From Cyanophora paradoxa CCMP329 (lineage: Eukaryota > Plantae > Glaucophyta): a DNA stretch of 62,266 nt. The translations under genes and the position numbers were made by a program. Below the pieces are notes generated by a model, which saw nothing but the letters and a program-made list of their open reading frames with translations, was not told the DNA's origin and did not search any database. The DNA is taken from assembly GCA_004431415.1 (NCBI GenBank), contig QPMI01000574.1:1-62266 (forward strand), read 5' to 3'. Below are positions 52,198-62,266 of this stretch, piece by piece (the stretch's first letter is position 1; each line of letters begins with the position of its first letter).

Positions 52198-55100
52198 TTA
52201 CATAAGCAGCTTGCCGATCGCGGTCCAATGAATAAAAAGCTGGACAATTTGGGTGGGCGTGACCGTCATTCTGGTTGGAATCTCACTTTAACTGTAAAGC
52301 CAGTGTGACTCACCGCCGTGACGTTGGCCCCGTAGAAATCGACATCCGTGCTGCCGCCGGGATTGATGTCGAACGAGGGGTTACGTTAATAACCGGCGTT
52401 GGGTTTGCTGGGGTCCCCAGTCCGCCTCCAGTGTCGTACGCCTGTCCGAATGTAATGTTGAACGTCACCGTGTATGTTGAATTGATGTTAAACTCCGTGT
52501 ACGCAGCGTAGGAGTGGAAGGACGTGCCGTGCGTTATGTACGCATCCATGTTCACGTTTCTGTGCCCGTGGCTGGTGAGCGAGTACTCTGTGTGACTGTG
52601 CGTAGAGGGTGGGAAGGAAGTGGGTCGGTCGATGACATTATCCCAGTACACATTGTGACTGTGTGTAGAGGGGGGGAAGGTAAGTGGCTTGCCCGTTACG
52701 TTGTCCCAATCCACGGAGATGTTCGTCAAGTCCGGGGCCGTCCAGTCGCTGATCTGAGAGATGGTGTGCTGGTGGTCTGCGTGGGGATACGTACTCGGCT
52801 TCCCCGTGATGCTATCCCACGCCCACGTTGTTGGTATCACGGGTATCGTCGGCCTCCCGCTGAGATCTGCATACGCCCCCGTGTGTGCCACCGTCGCCAG
52901 CTGCGGCACGGCAACGCCCACGGTGCTCACGGCCTGGCTCGCCCCCGGCGCCATGTGCCACTCGTAGTTCTGCGATGCAAACACGGGCTGGCCTGGCTCG
53001 GCGCCCAGTACTCGATGCCTTTGGCGATCTTCTTGGTGTATGGTGCTGCAGGCCTGTCAACCAATTTATCGACGTAGGCCTTGGGTACCAGCCAGTTTGC
53101 CTTGGGGCTCTGCGAATTGATCCCGTTGTCTATGAAGGCCCCGTAATTCCTGAAGGCCTCGGCCTCCCACCAATCCTGCATGCGGAAGGTCCCGGGAATC
53201 TCGAGGCGCGAGTTGGCGTCCGCCAGGCGGGCCACCTGCGCCCCTCCGTTCGACGAGACGCCCGAGTGACGGATGGCCGAGCCGAATTCGCGCCTTAGGG
53301 CTTCGATGTGATTGATCCTGTTGAGGCCCTCCTGGTAGACGGCAATTAAGACGCGCTTCCGCCCTTGGTCTCCTCCTTTATCATCTGCTTCAGGTCGCGC
53401 ATAAGTCGACTCAGGGCGAGCGAAGTCGACCCGAAGCCCTCCTGCATTTTAACGGTGAGCTGGGAGAGGAAGAGCACGGTCGCGCGATCGATTTCGAGCA
53501 GGGTCTTCTGGTCCTTGGGGTACGGTAATCGTTGATGCTGTTGTCGAGCGCGCGAATGAAGGCCTGCAGCTCCTTCGGCTCCTTGATTTCGTTTAACCGC
53601 AGCTCCTGGGCCAAGAGCGAGGCCATTTCGCGCGCCTCCGAGGGGTCGTACACACCCAAAAATCCGGAGCCCAGCTCGCCCTCCAGCCGATTAATTCGGT
53701 TGCGCAGCTGGCTCGCCTCGTCGCCCCACGTCTCGACGCCCCAGTCGTAGATCTGCTGCGAGAGCTGCGCGATGAACTGGATGGTGTCGGCCGCCCAGTC
53801 GACGGGGTACTTGAAAAAGTTCTTCACGATCTCTTCCGCGCTGCGCCCGTTGATGATGTCCACGATCACCTGCGCGATGGCGCCCGCGAGGATGGACAGG
53901 CCAAGTCCGCCCACCGTGCCGATCCTCATTTTCGTGAGGGCGCTCAGGGCGGACGACATGCCCGTCTGCAGGCCAAAGGAGCCGACCGTCATGATCATCT
54001 GATCGCGGAACGTATCGAAGAACTCGGCCTCCCCTATCTTGCCCTGCGAGAGCGCCTGGTAGGCCGAGAGCAGGCCGCCGCCGTCGCCAGCCCAAGGCCG
54101 GCCGCCGCCGCGCCCGCCCGCCGCATGGCCGCGAGCCCGTACCCCCAGCCCGGCGCCACCAAGTCGATGCCCGCCCCTGAAATAAATCGGCTGCCCGAAA
54201 GACATGCCGTCGTTGTTCGCCGTACCCATCGCGGAGAAGAGGGTCTCTGCGCTGAAGGCCTCCTTGGCCACCCCGGGCCGCCTGGCCTCGGGCGCCCCAG
54301 GAAGGCGTCGCGCTGCTCTTTGGTGGTGAATCGCTCGAGGTCGAAATCGGCAAGGGCGTCGGCGGTGGCGCGGTTCCAGTCGCCGTAGGGCATGAGGGCG
54401 TTGCGCAGAATAACGTCCGAGTCGCCCATCACGCGCCTGTCGAGCGTCTGAAATACGCCCTCGGAGGGCAGGCGAGCCGTGCCCGGCGCATTTCCTCTAC
54501 GGAAACGTCGTCCCTTTCCGCGAGGGTGATGTCGTCCGGCTGGCCGAGCCCACGCCCGCGCCCTCGTCGGCGTAGGCCCTTCCCCTCCTTTTTAACAGTT
54601 GATTGGCCTCCCGTTTCAATGCTTGGTACTCTGTCTCTACCTTGGTCTTTCTTGCCTCTTCCTCTGCCGCCTTGCGCTCTGCGATCTTCCGCCTCTGCTC
54701 TTCTATCTCGGCGTTGCGTCTCGCCGCGTTCTCCTTGGCTTGCTGCTTCCGCTCTTCGATCACCCTGTTTGCGTACTCCTTGTCCGCTTGGGCCTTTCTG
54801 TAGCGCTCCTCGATCTGACTCTTGGCCTCGTCTCCTCTCTTCCTTAGATCGCCCATGAATGCCGTCGTATCTATGTGAATCTTGTATTTGGCGGGTGGGT
54901 GCTCACGTTTGAAGGCCTCCAGATCGCGCACCATGGCATCGTACTGCGCGAGCCCCTCCGCTGGAATGATGGCTCTTCGCATTTCCCAAAATTTGCTCAG
55001 CTTGCCCACGTAATCGACCATGGAGAGGTACGCGCTCTGTGCGCCCGCGCTCACCGTTTTCGGATTGGCTCGCAGCTCTGCCAAAAACTCCCCTTTTGTA

Positions 55101-57238
55101 TCCGGTACAGTGACCATTCGAGGGCTCCCCGCCACAGGCTCGCTTCCGTCCGCAGTTCTCTGTGCATCTCCTCCACGTCGCCGTATGCTATCCAGATGGC
55201 ATCGCTGATGGGCCTCTGAACAGCCTGACGCTCAAAGTTTTTCCACTTCTCATCGGCCATCTTTCTCCTCAGTTCTTCGGCGTCTTTCTGACCCCTTCCG
55301 TCAGCTGATCCATAACGTAGCTAAAGTCGCGCATGTTCTCTTCCATGGCGCGGAGCCTGTCCCCGATGCATTTCCTTCTTTCAGTCTTTTGAGCTCCGAG
55401 CGGTAAAAATCCATCTGCGCCCCCTGAACGTCTCCAGTCGTCGCTTACGCTCCGCTACCTTCGGCTCCTCCAGCCGTGCAAATTCCTCGTCTGATGCAGT
55501 TTGCATTGCCTTCAGTCGTTCCTCTTCTGTCTTGGCAGCTGCCTCCTCGTCCGCCCTGCGCCGCTGCTCTAACGCGTCGAAGAGGGCCCTCTGATCCTCG
55601 AGCGTGAGGCCAATGAGCTCTTCCACCTGGTCGCTCCTACCCAGCCGCGCGAAGGGCAGCTCTCGGCGGCCGGCCTTGGATCGGGCCTTGGCGTCGTCTG
55701 CGTCTCCATTGTGCCCTTGGCACAGCCGTCCCTATCCTCTGCAGCTCGGCCGTCAGCGTTTTCACTTGCTGCTCTAGGTTGAATCGTATGGTGGATGCGA
55801 GCCCCTCTGCCTTCTGCCTCTCCTGTTCTCGCAGTTCGAGCTGCCTTAAATCTCCTTTGCTTTTCTGGCTTGCTCCTCCGCTGCCTTTCGCTCATCGTCC
55901 AGCATCTTTGTGCCTCTTCGACCTCGTTTGCTATGTTGACCTTGTTTGCTATTTCCATGTCAGTTTCTCCAGCTCGGTCCTTGCCTGCTCCTTTGCCTCC
56001 CTTATCGCGTTTTCCACGATCCTATCGGCCTCTCTCTTCCGGATCTCGGCTTTCTCCTCGGCTCAGGGATTTCTCAATTCTATCGCTCGCCTCTTTCAAA
56101 TCGTCCGCTATCTTTTCTCGGCCGCTGTCCTCATTTCGTTAAATTGCGCTCCCTTGTCTTCAGCTCCTCTGCCAGTATTCTCACCTGCTCGTCTGAGTAA
56201 ACGATCGTTTTGTTATCTTTCTGCAGCTCTGCAATGTCCCTTTCGTACGCCTTCCGATCCTGTAGTACTTTGCACGCCTGCAATCAGGGCCGCGCGAAGA
56301 TTCCCGTTGTTGTACCAAGGATCGCACGAGCGTACCCCTCCGCCGCTCTCTCGCCCGAGCCGCCGCCACCGAGCCGCTGCTACCCCGCCCCTCCACGGGC
56401 GTGCCACTGGAGCCCCTCCGCCCCCGTGCCTGTACCCACCCCCGGTGCCTGTACCCACCCCCGGTGCCTGTACCCCACCTCCCGTGCTTCCGCCGCCCGT
56501 ACCCCCACCGGAATCGCGCCGGCACCTTGGGCCCGCGATGATGTCGTCGTACAGGTGGCGGTGCGCCCAGTCCGTGATGTCGGCCTCACATGCGGGTGCT
56601 TGACGAGGGCGTACTCTCGTCGTGGAAGTGGTCTTCAGCGCCCAGTTCTGCGTCTTCGCCCAGTCTGAGCGATCGGGGAGCACGTCGGGTGCCGTTGGAT
56701 GCGGCCCGCCCGTCGTCTCCGGCGTCTCGCCGTCTGTCGGCGCTCAGGCGCGGATGTTCACCTTGAAGTGGTCGAACCACGCGAAAAACTCCTCCCTGTC
56801 GCGCCTGTACTGCTCGGGCTCCATGCTCGGCAGCGCCTGGCGGCTCCAGTAGATGTGGCGCAGGGGCCGCGATGCGCTCGAGTGCGTTGTACCGGGCCTC
56901 ACGTCCCCTCTGCGCCTTTAGAGTCAGTTTCACGAGGTTCAGGGTGGCGTCTTTCGCTGTAACGGAGTTTGCGATTTCACGTCGCCGCCTCTTATAATGT
57001 TCCAGTCCACGCCCGTCTCGGTCGTGACGCCCAGAGCCCTTGATAATTGCGGTGAGGTCACCGTAATCGTCCAAGTACCGACGGACGTCAGGAAATCGCT
57101 GTAGGTCGCGCCCTTGCGCAGCCTTATCTCGTCCGCGTAAATTCCCCTCACGCTCAGGCTCCGTCTATCGCGAAGGCGCCGTTCAGCACTCGTCCGGATT
57201 CGGGATGGCATGCGCCAGGGGTCGTCGAGCATCGACAT
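52198..57238 (-). CDS. Very large (~5 kb) tape-measure-like coiled-coil protein with hydrophobic segment and C-terminal phage tail-fibre repeats (heavily frameshifted, may be more than one gene)
   Basis: One promoter motif plus ATG at 57238, then overlapping minus-strand fragments: Gly-Thr repeat, EK-rich coils, GLGLSILAGAIAQVIVDII, WDxITGKPxTFPPSxHxH repeats and terminal HWTAIG. Confidence 0.65.
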
Positions 57239-57509
57239 TTTATCCGCGAGAGAGAAAAATTAACTAATGCTCCGCGTCCACGTCCACTTCAGCTTGCCGC
57301 TCACCTCGCCCGTTGTCCAACGGCCACGGGCACCTGCAGAAACGTCGGCGTAGGGGTAATCGGGCCTGATAGTGATCTGCTCGTCACGCAGCCAGCGGTA
57401 GGCTCGGAGGCGTCGCGTATTTTCGGCTCCAGTATTCCCGCCCGTGCCGTTCGCAGCGAGTACCCTCCCTTGCTACCCGTACCCTGTAAACGTGCTCGCC
57501 GTTAGCGTG

Positions 57510-58182
57510 TTACCCCCTGTACTCGAATTCTACGATTAAGGCCAAGTCCTGCCATGCGCTCTCGCGAGACGGATGTGACTGAGGCTGTGCAGCAGCCCGT
57601 ATTAATTGGACCAGAGGCGGTTACAAGATCGACTCTGTAAGTGAGGGGCGAGGGTAGCCAGGCACGCCCGTAAAGGTGCGCGTCTTGACGCCCGAGCCTT
57701 TCGCGGGAATATGATCAGGCGCATTTAAGGGGGCCTGCGAAAATCTATTTCGCAAAGGCCAGAGCCGAAGTTCTTGACGATGAAGGCGTTGTTCTTCTGG
57801 TGGCGCCGTGATGTCGTGAAGCGCACGCGCAGCTCCTGGAACTTGTCGTACGCGACGTAGTTCGGGCGCACGGCCATGGGCACCTCGAACCAGTAGAGGA
57901 TGGTGTCTCGAGGCGTCGTGGCCCACGTCGGGATCACGACCTTGTTGATGCACGTGTTGACGTTCGAGATGGTCGTGACGTTCAAGTCGGGCACGTCCAT
58001 CAGCAGAACGTTGACGGTTTTCGCGGCGGTGGGGTCGGAATCGCGGTCGTGTCCAGCTCCAGGTAGACGCCTTGATCTGCAGCGTGTCGATGTCGGCGGG
58101 GATCTGGTTCAGCCTGAGGCGCCAGAAGCCCTCGGATCCTGGTCTCTCCGTTCGACTGGACGTAGAGGTTGACGCAGGACAT
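57510..58182 (-). CDS. Putative minor capsid (penton-like) protein, frameshifted
   Basis: Beta-rich; MSCVNLYVQS start, FQELRVRF and terminal LALIVEFEY resemble single-jelly-roll penton ends (weak, by eye). Confidence 0.45.
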
Positions 58183-58216
58183 TATTTAGGAAGGGGCCTG
58201 AGAAATTATGCCTTCC

Positions 58217-58756
58217 TCAGGCCGTTGAGGAGGTAGGGCCCACGAAGTAGTAGCCCGCGAACTGCGCGGCGAGGATCCGCACGAGGTAGTAGCGCGCGGG
58301 CGACATGTAGGCGACGCGCCGAGGGTCAGCAGGCTGCCCAGGTAGCGGGAATCGTGGTGATATCATCGAGGCTCGGGAGCATGGACGAATTGTTAAGGGC
58401 CCATTCAGAAATTTACTTGGCATGAAGAATTCCTGACGCGCTCTCCCTCTCGTGCAGCGCCCACTGCAGCGGTCGATGACGGCGGCCATCACGGGCGGCT
58501 CGCGGCGGGGTTCTTCGCGTACGCCCGGGCGTCTCTGCCATCTGGGGGTGGTACTGCTCGACGCGCTTGCGTAGCTCGCGATGGCGCGGCGGGTGCACCG
58601 ATCAGGTCAGCCGCCATTTCCGCCGGTGCTTCGGCTGCTGCTGCTTCTTTCGCGCGTAAGTCTAGAAGCCAAGGGTAGGCGCGGTGCTGCTGCTGGAGTT
58701 GCTGGGCGCTGGAGCTCTGCGCTGGGGGCTGGTGTCGCGGGAGTCTCCATTTCCAT
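58217..58756 (-). CDS. Element hypothetical protein, frameshifted
   Basis: Promoter motif plus ATG at 58756; fragments HRELRKRVEQYHPQMAE and AYMSPARYYLVRILAAQFAGYYFVG. Confidence 0.5.
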
Positions 58757-59042
58757 GTTCTCTAGAAAAAACGGGTACCGGTTTGCGTCATCTGAATGTC
58801 GACGTGGTGCGGCCTATGTTCTGCGTGCTCTCGCGCCTCTGCTGCTCCGGTGGGGTTCGGGCTCGGGCTGTCCGCGGCGGACGACCCTAAGGGCCGCGCC
58901 TTCAGGGCGCCCAGCACTGTGTTGGGGCCGACGCGCTCCGTGCGCCAGCAGCTCCGAGACAGGAAGAGCGCGCCGCAGACGACGGTGATGATGTCCGAGT
59001 GGGTGCATTCCCCTGGAACATTTTCGCGGGCCGTCAGATTTA

Positions 59043-60978
59043 TTATCCGCTACCCTTCCCTTCCGCGCCCTTGCTTTGCGCGCCTCGGCCCTGGCCTAGG
59101 TCGCCGATTTCCGCGGCCTGCGGGCGAAGCGGGGATCGTCCGCCTGGCGCGTCGCCTGAAAATGTGAAGAGGTACGCGTGTTGTTGTCGGTGTTGTTCGT
59201 GTTTCGCGCGTGCGACCACTCTTTCAGTAAATCGCGCCTCTGCTTGTCGGGCAGCGTCTTTGAGAGGTACTCTGCAGCTTGCTCGCGTAATTTTCTCTGG
59301 GATCAGCGACGCAAGGACGGTGGGCGGATCTTTCCATGCTATCTTCTCTTCCGTCAGCATGCGCTCGAGCTCTGCGATTTCCACCATCGTATCGATGCTC
59401 GGTTGAGGCCCTGCTCTGCCTCTTTGGTCTACGAGGGCTGCCCGCGCGTGAATTTCGCGGACAGATTTGGTGCAGCCGCTCGTACACCGTCGTGGTGCTC
59501 GGCTCCTTCTCTTCAGCAGCACACCCAGTCGTAATTGCCACAGCACCTGCAATTCGATATGTGATGATCGTCACCAGCACGTGGGCGTGCAGCGCGCCGT
59601 CCGTCGGCCCACTCACGCCCTTGCACGCGAATTCGATGATTGCGTTGGCGTACGTGTCGTCCTTGTACTTGCCGTTCTTCTTCATATTGAAGCGTATGAA
59701 CTTGTAGAATTCTGCATCGAGAGCACCTCTGCGAGGCTGTCGCGCAGCGCCGCGCCTCGAATTCTCGCGCTCTCCAGGCGCTTGTGGGTGTTGAAGAGCA
59801 CCCAGTAGCGCGACTGGCGCGCCTGTCGTATGTCGTACGCGTGCTTCGTCGGGATTCTTTTTGTGAGGATGAAGACCGACGCCCGTCTCGCTGATTTCCG
59901 TGATCACCTTCTCGAGCGCCTCCAGCCGTTTGCCTGCCGCCTGCAGTCCGTTTTCGCCTTCTCTATGTTCTGCTTTACCTCTTGCGCGTCGCGAAGGTTG
60001 CCATTAATTTCCATGCTCGGCGCCACGATTTTCGCCTTTCTGATTTTCGACTGCGCAGAGTTGGGCTCGATGACGGACGATCCGAAGTCAGCGCCGTATC
60101 CTTTGCCTTTTTCGTGGTCTTTGGCTTCGGCCCGCGAGCACGCTCTCGACCATGTGGTCGCGCGTCTGCTTGGAGACGGTGGCCGTGTCGCCCCTCTTTC
60201 GCCTCTGCAGCCCAAGATCACGAGCAGGCCTTGTTGCCGAGCAGCGTGACGCACTTCTGGCAGAGCCACGAGTTCTGGGCGACACCGTGGGCACCTGCGC
60301 CGGCTTCTTGTCCTTGATGAGGGGTACGGCTCCTGGCCCTTTTCTTTCCCTTGCGTTTTGCTTGGCCGCCACGCGTTTGCCTTCTCTATGACCGCGACGT
60401 ACTCTTCGTCACGGCATCCTCCTCGCCTGCGCTGCTCCCTCGGCGATTTTCTCTGGCGTGTTGGCCCCCTTGGCGCTCGGCACGGGCGTGGCTTCGTACA
60501 TGAGGCGAAGGCAGCGGTAGCAGATTGGCGGCGATTTCGCGCGCCTGGTACGTGCGCGGTATGGCGCGCAGTCGCTCCTCGGGAGTTTATCGTACTCGAT
60601 TTCGCTGTGGATGCTCAGAGGGTCGCGGCTCGTGGTATGATTTATCGAGCAGCGATGGGAGCATCTGAACTTCTTTGGTGCCGAGAGCTTGATGTAATCG
60701 GATATGCTCTTCTGCTGCTGGATATGCGTCTCGCCCTGAACAGCACGTATCGCTTCGGAATCTCAACGACGGGCGTCTCGAGCTCGTCCACGCCGGTATC
60801 GGGCGCGTTTCCCTTTGCCTTTCCTTTCCCTTCCCTTGCCCTTGCCCTTCGCTTAGGCTCCGGCTCCTCTTCCTCTTCTCCTCTTCTTCTCCGACTCGGA
60901 GGACGGGGACGTGGCTCTCTTCCTCTGACTCGCTCGAGCTCTCTGGCTTCTTCTTGCGGCTCGGCGCTTCGGAGGCAT
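59043..60978 (-). CDS. Long HUH-endonuclease-like protein (basic/charged N-terminus), frameshifted
   Basis: Motif I-like RQSRYWVLFNTHK (alternate frame near 59800) and motif II GALHAHVLVTI. No clear catalytic Tyr motif. Confidence 0.6.
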
Positions 60979-61009
60979 TTATTGGACACGAGAAAAATTT
61001 ACACGAGCT

Positions 61010-61819
61010 TTACAGCGCCCGTCTCGAGGCCTCTACCGTCTTCGTAATGTACAGCTGCAGCAGATCCTTAAGGTTGCTCTGCGGCAGCATTTTACGTCTA
61101 CGTGCATCTGCCTGGCGGTTTCTCGCTTCCTGTAGCCGTCTCCTTGCCGTCCACTGCATGCGAGGGCGTCCTTTCTCCGTATCGGCCGCACCGCCGTCTT
61201 CTGGTACTCCTCCCGAACCAGTCGTCTTGTAGAAATTCGGCAGGCCGCCCTGCCCTCCGTTTGCATGAACTTGATGAGGAAATCCGACGCCTTCTTGCCG
61301 TCGAATTGCACGCGCGAGTAGTGCACAGCGTGAGCAGGATGTGCGCGTGGAGCCGCCCGACCGCGGCCGTACTCGATGCCGATGTTCGCGTGCCCTTCTC
61401 CACGTGCGTGTCGTACTGGTCGGACTTGAAATCGAAGCCCTTGGGGTTCGCCTTGTCGGGGTACACCCCATCTTTATGCACGCGCCAGCTGCCTGTCGTC
61501 GTAGAGAGGGCTCCACCCTGTGAAACGCGTCCTGCACCTTGGAGCCCTCTCCCCTGCTCCGCGGCTTGTAGTTGGTCTGGATGGTGATCATGAAATTCGA
61601 CTCGCGCTGCGGCCGATCCTCCCGTTCAGTTTCCTCACGGGCGCCGCGTCCAGCACCTTCTGGAACCACGTCTTGTCGGGCGCCAGCACCTTGTCGTTGA
61701 TGTTGCCCACACGATGTGCGTCTCTACCGGGAGCGGCCGGAGGCGTCCATGCGGAGGTGAGGGTTCGGTGCCCGGGCTTGCCTGTTTGCTGCCACGCCCC
61801 TCGCGATGAGGTTGAGCAT
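61010..61819 (-). CDS. HUH (rolling-circle Rep-type) endonuclease, frameshifted
   Basis: Motif I SNFMITIQTN, motif II RLHAHILLTL and motif III LYITK in the correct order. Confidence 0.75.
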
Positions 61820-62046
61820 GTCAGACAAGGCCTAGAAAATTTTCCGAGGCTGGGGTGAGCTTCCACGTGGGCCCGGGTACGTCCGCACCTCACCTGAGCA
61901 TCACCTGAGCCTCACATGAATCACCTGAGCAACGCCTTCTGCAACAAGTGCTTCCTCACTTGCAAGTGGGACCCACTCTCCTCTGAGAAGCCAACCTGTT
62001 GGTTCTGCAGGGGAATAGCTCAGCTGCAGTACGAGGACTCAGAGGA

Positions 62047-62266
62047 ATGGCAGACTCTAACGAAATCGATCTCCTCCTCCGAAACTTCGAGCAGATCCAG
62101 CGCTACGGCGCCATCCTTCACGACGAGGGGACCAGACTTCGACACTCCGGCACCGTACCCCGCCGCCGCCGCCGCCATCGCCAACTCCTACCTCGGGCCG
62201 GAGAGCGCCCCCGCAAGCGCAACCCGCCGCACCCAAGGCCCCCAAGGCGAAGCCGCTGTCCCCTGC
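62047..62266 (+). CDS. 5' part of an element ORF running off the window
   Basis: MADSNEIDLLLRNFEQIQRYG... stays open to the last base. Confidence 0.5.
   Translation, partial: MADSNEIDLLLRNFEQIQRYGAILHDEGTRLRHSGTVPRRRRRHRQLLPRAGERPRKRNPPHPRPPRRSRCPL

Larger units (their letters stand above)
44030..62266. mobile_element. Endogenous virus-like element (HUH-encoding), right end outside the window, left boundary approximate
   Basis: Abrupt switch to intronless, tightly packed ORFs with a shared upstream motif. Carries virion-type genes (S74 fibre, tail repeats, FN3/Gly-rich), HNH and two HUH proteins. Confidence 0.85.

Noticed and set aside
59043-61819. Helitron Rep-helicase
   Set aside because: No PIF1 helicase motifs, and the genes are short and linked to virion-type genes.
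44030-62266. Bacterial prophage or contaminant
   Set aside because: No consistent Shine-Dalgarno pattern and no terminase, portal or lysis genes seen; starts have an A-rich eukaryotic-virus-like context. A chimeric join is not fully excluded without reads.

Overview
GC-rich eukaryotic nuclear DNA with dense genes split by many short (~50-60 nt) introns. Three plastid-type proteins start M-x-F or MAAAF, which suggests a glaucophyte (Cyanophora-like) or related primary-plastid alga (inference). Positions 1-~44,000 are host genes: RPL19, U2SURP/SR140, a bacterial-type GNAT with a truncated tandem duplicate, CDC14, AP-1 mu, a coiled-coil protein, a tandem-BRCT protein, an intron-containing tRNA-Tyr, MGMT, a HIT protein, plastid IscA, NAC-beta/BTF3, CSP41b, a divergent V-ATPase D, a fibrillin-like protein and a CRAL-TRIO protein. 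This part also holds a 690-bp non-autonomous hAT-type transposon. From ~44,030 to the window end the architecture switches to compact, essentially intronless genes with a shared upstream motif, i.e. an endogenous virus-like element of >18 kb that runs off the right edge. It encodes two paralogous HUH-endonuclease-like proteins, two paralogous beta-rich capsid-like proteins, a penton-like protein, an FN3+Gly-rich spike, an S74-chaperone fibre, a ~5-kb tape-measure/fibre-repeat gene and a degenerate HNH. It also carries three (GGGACTT)n cassettes, two of which enclose a cryptic, perfectly phased 12-bp array. No polymerase, integrase, packaging ATPase or obvious double-jelly-roll capsid is visible in the window. 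Gene boundaries were inferred by eye, and many element genes are frameshifted.
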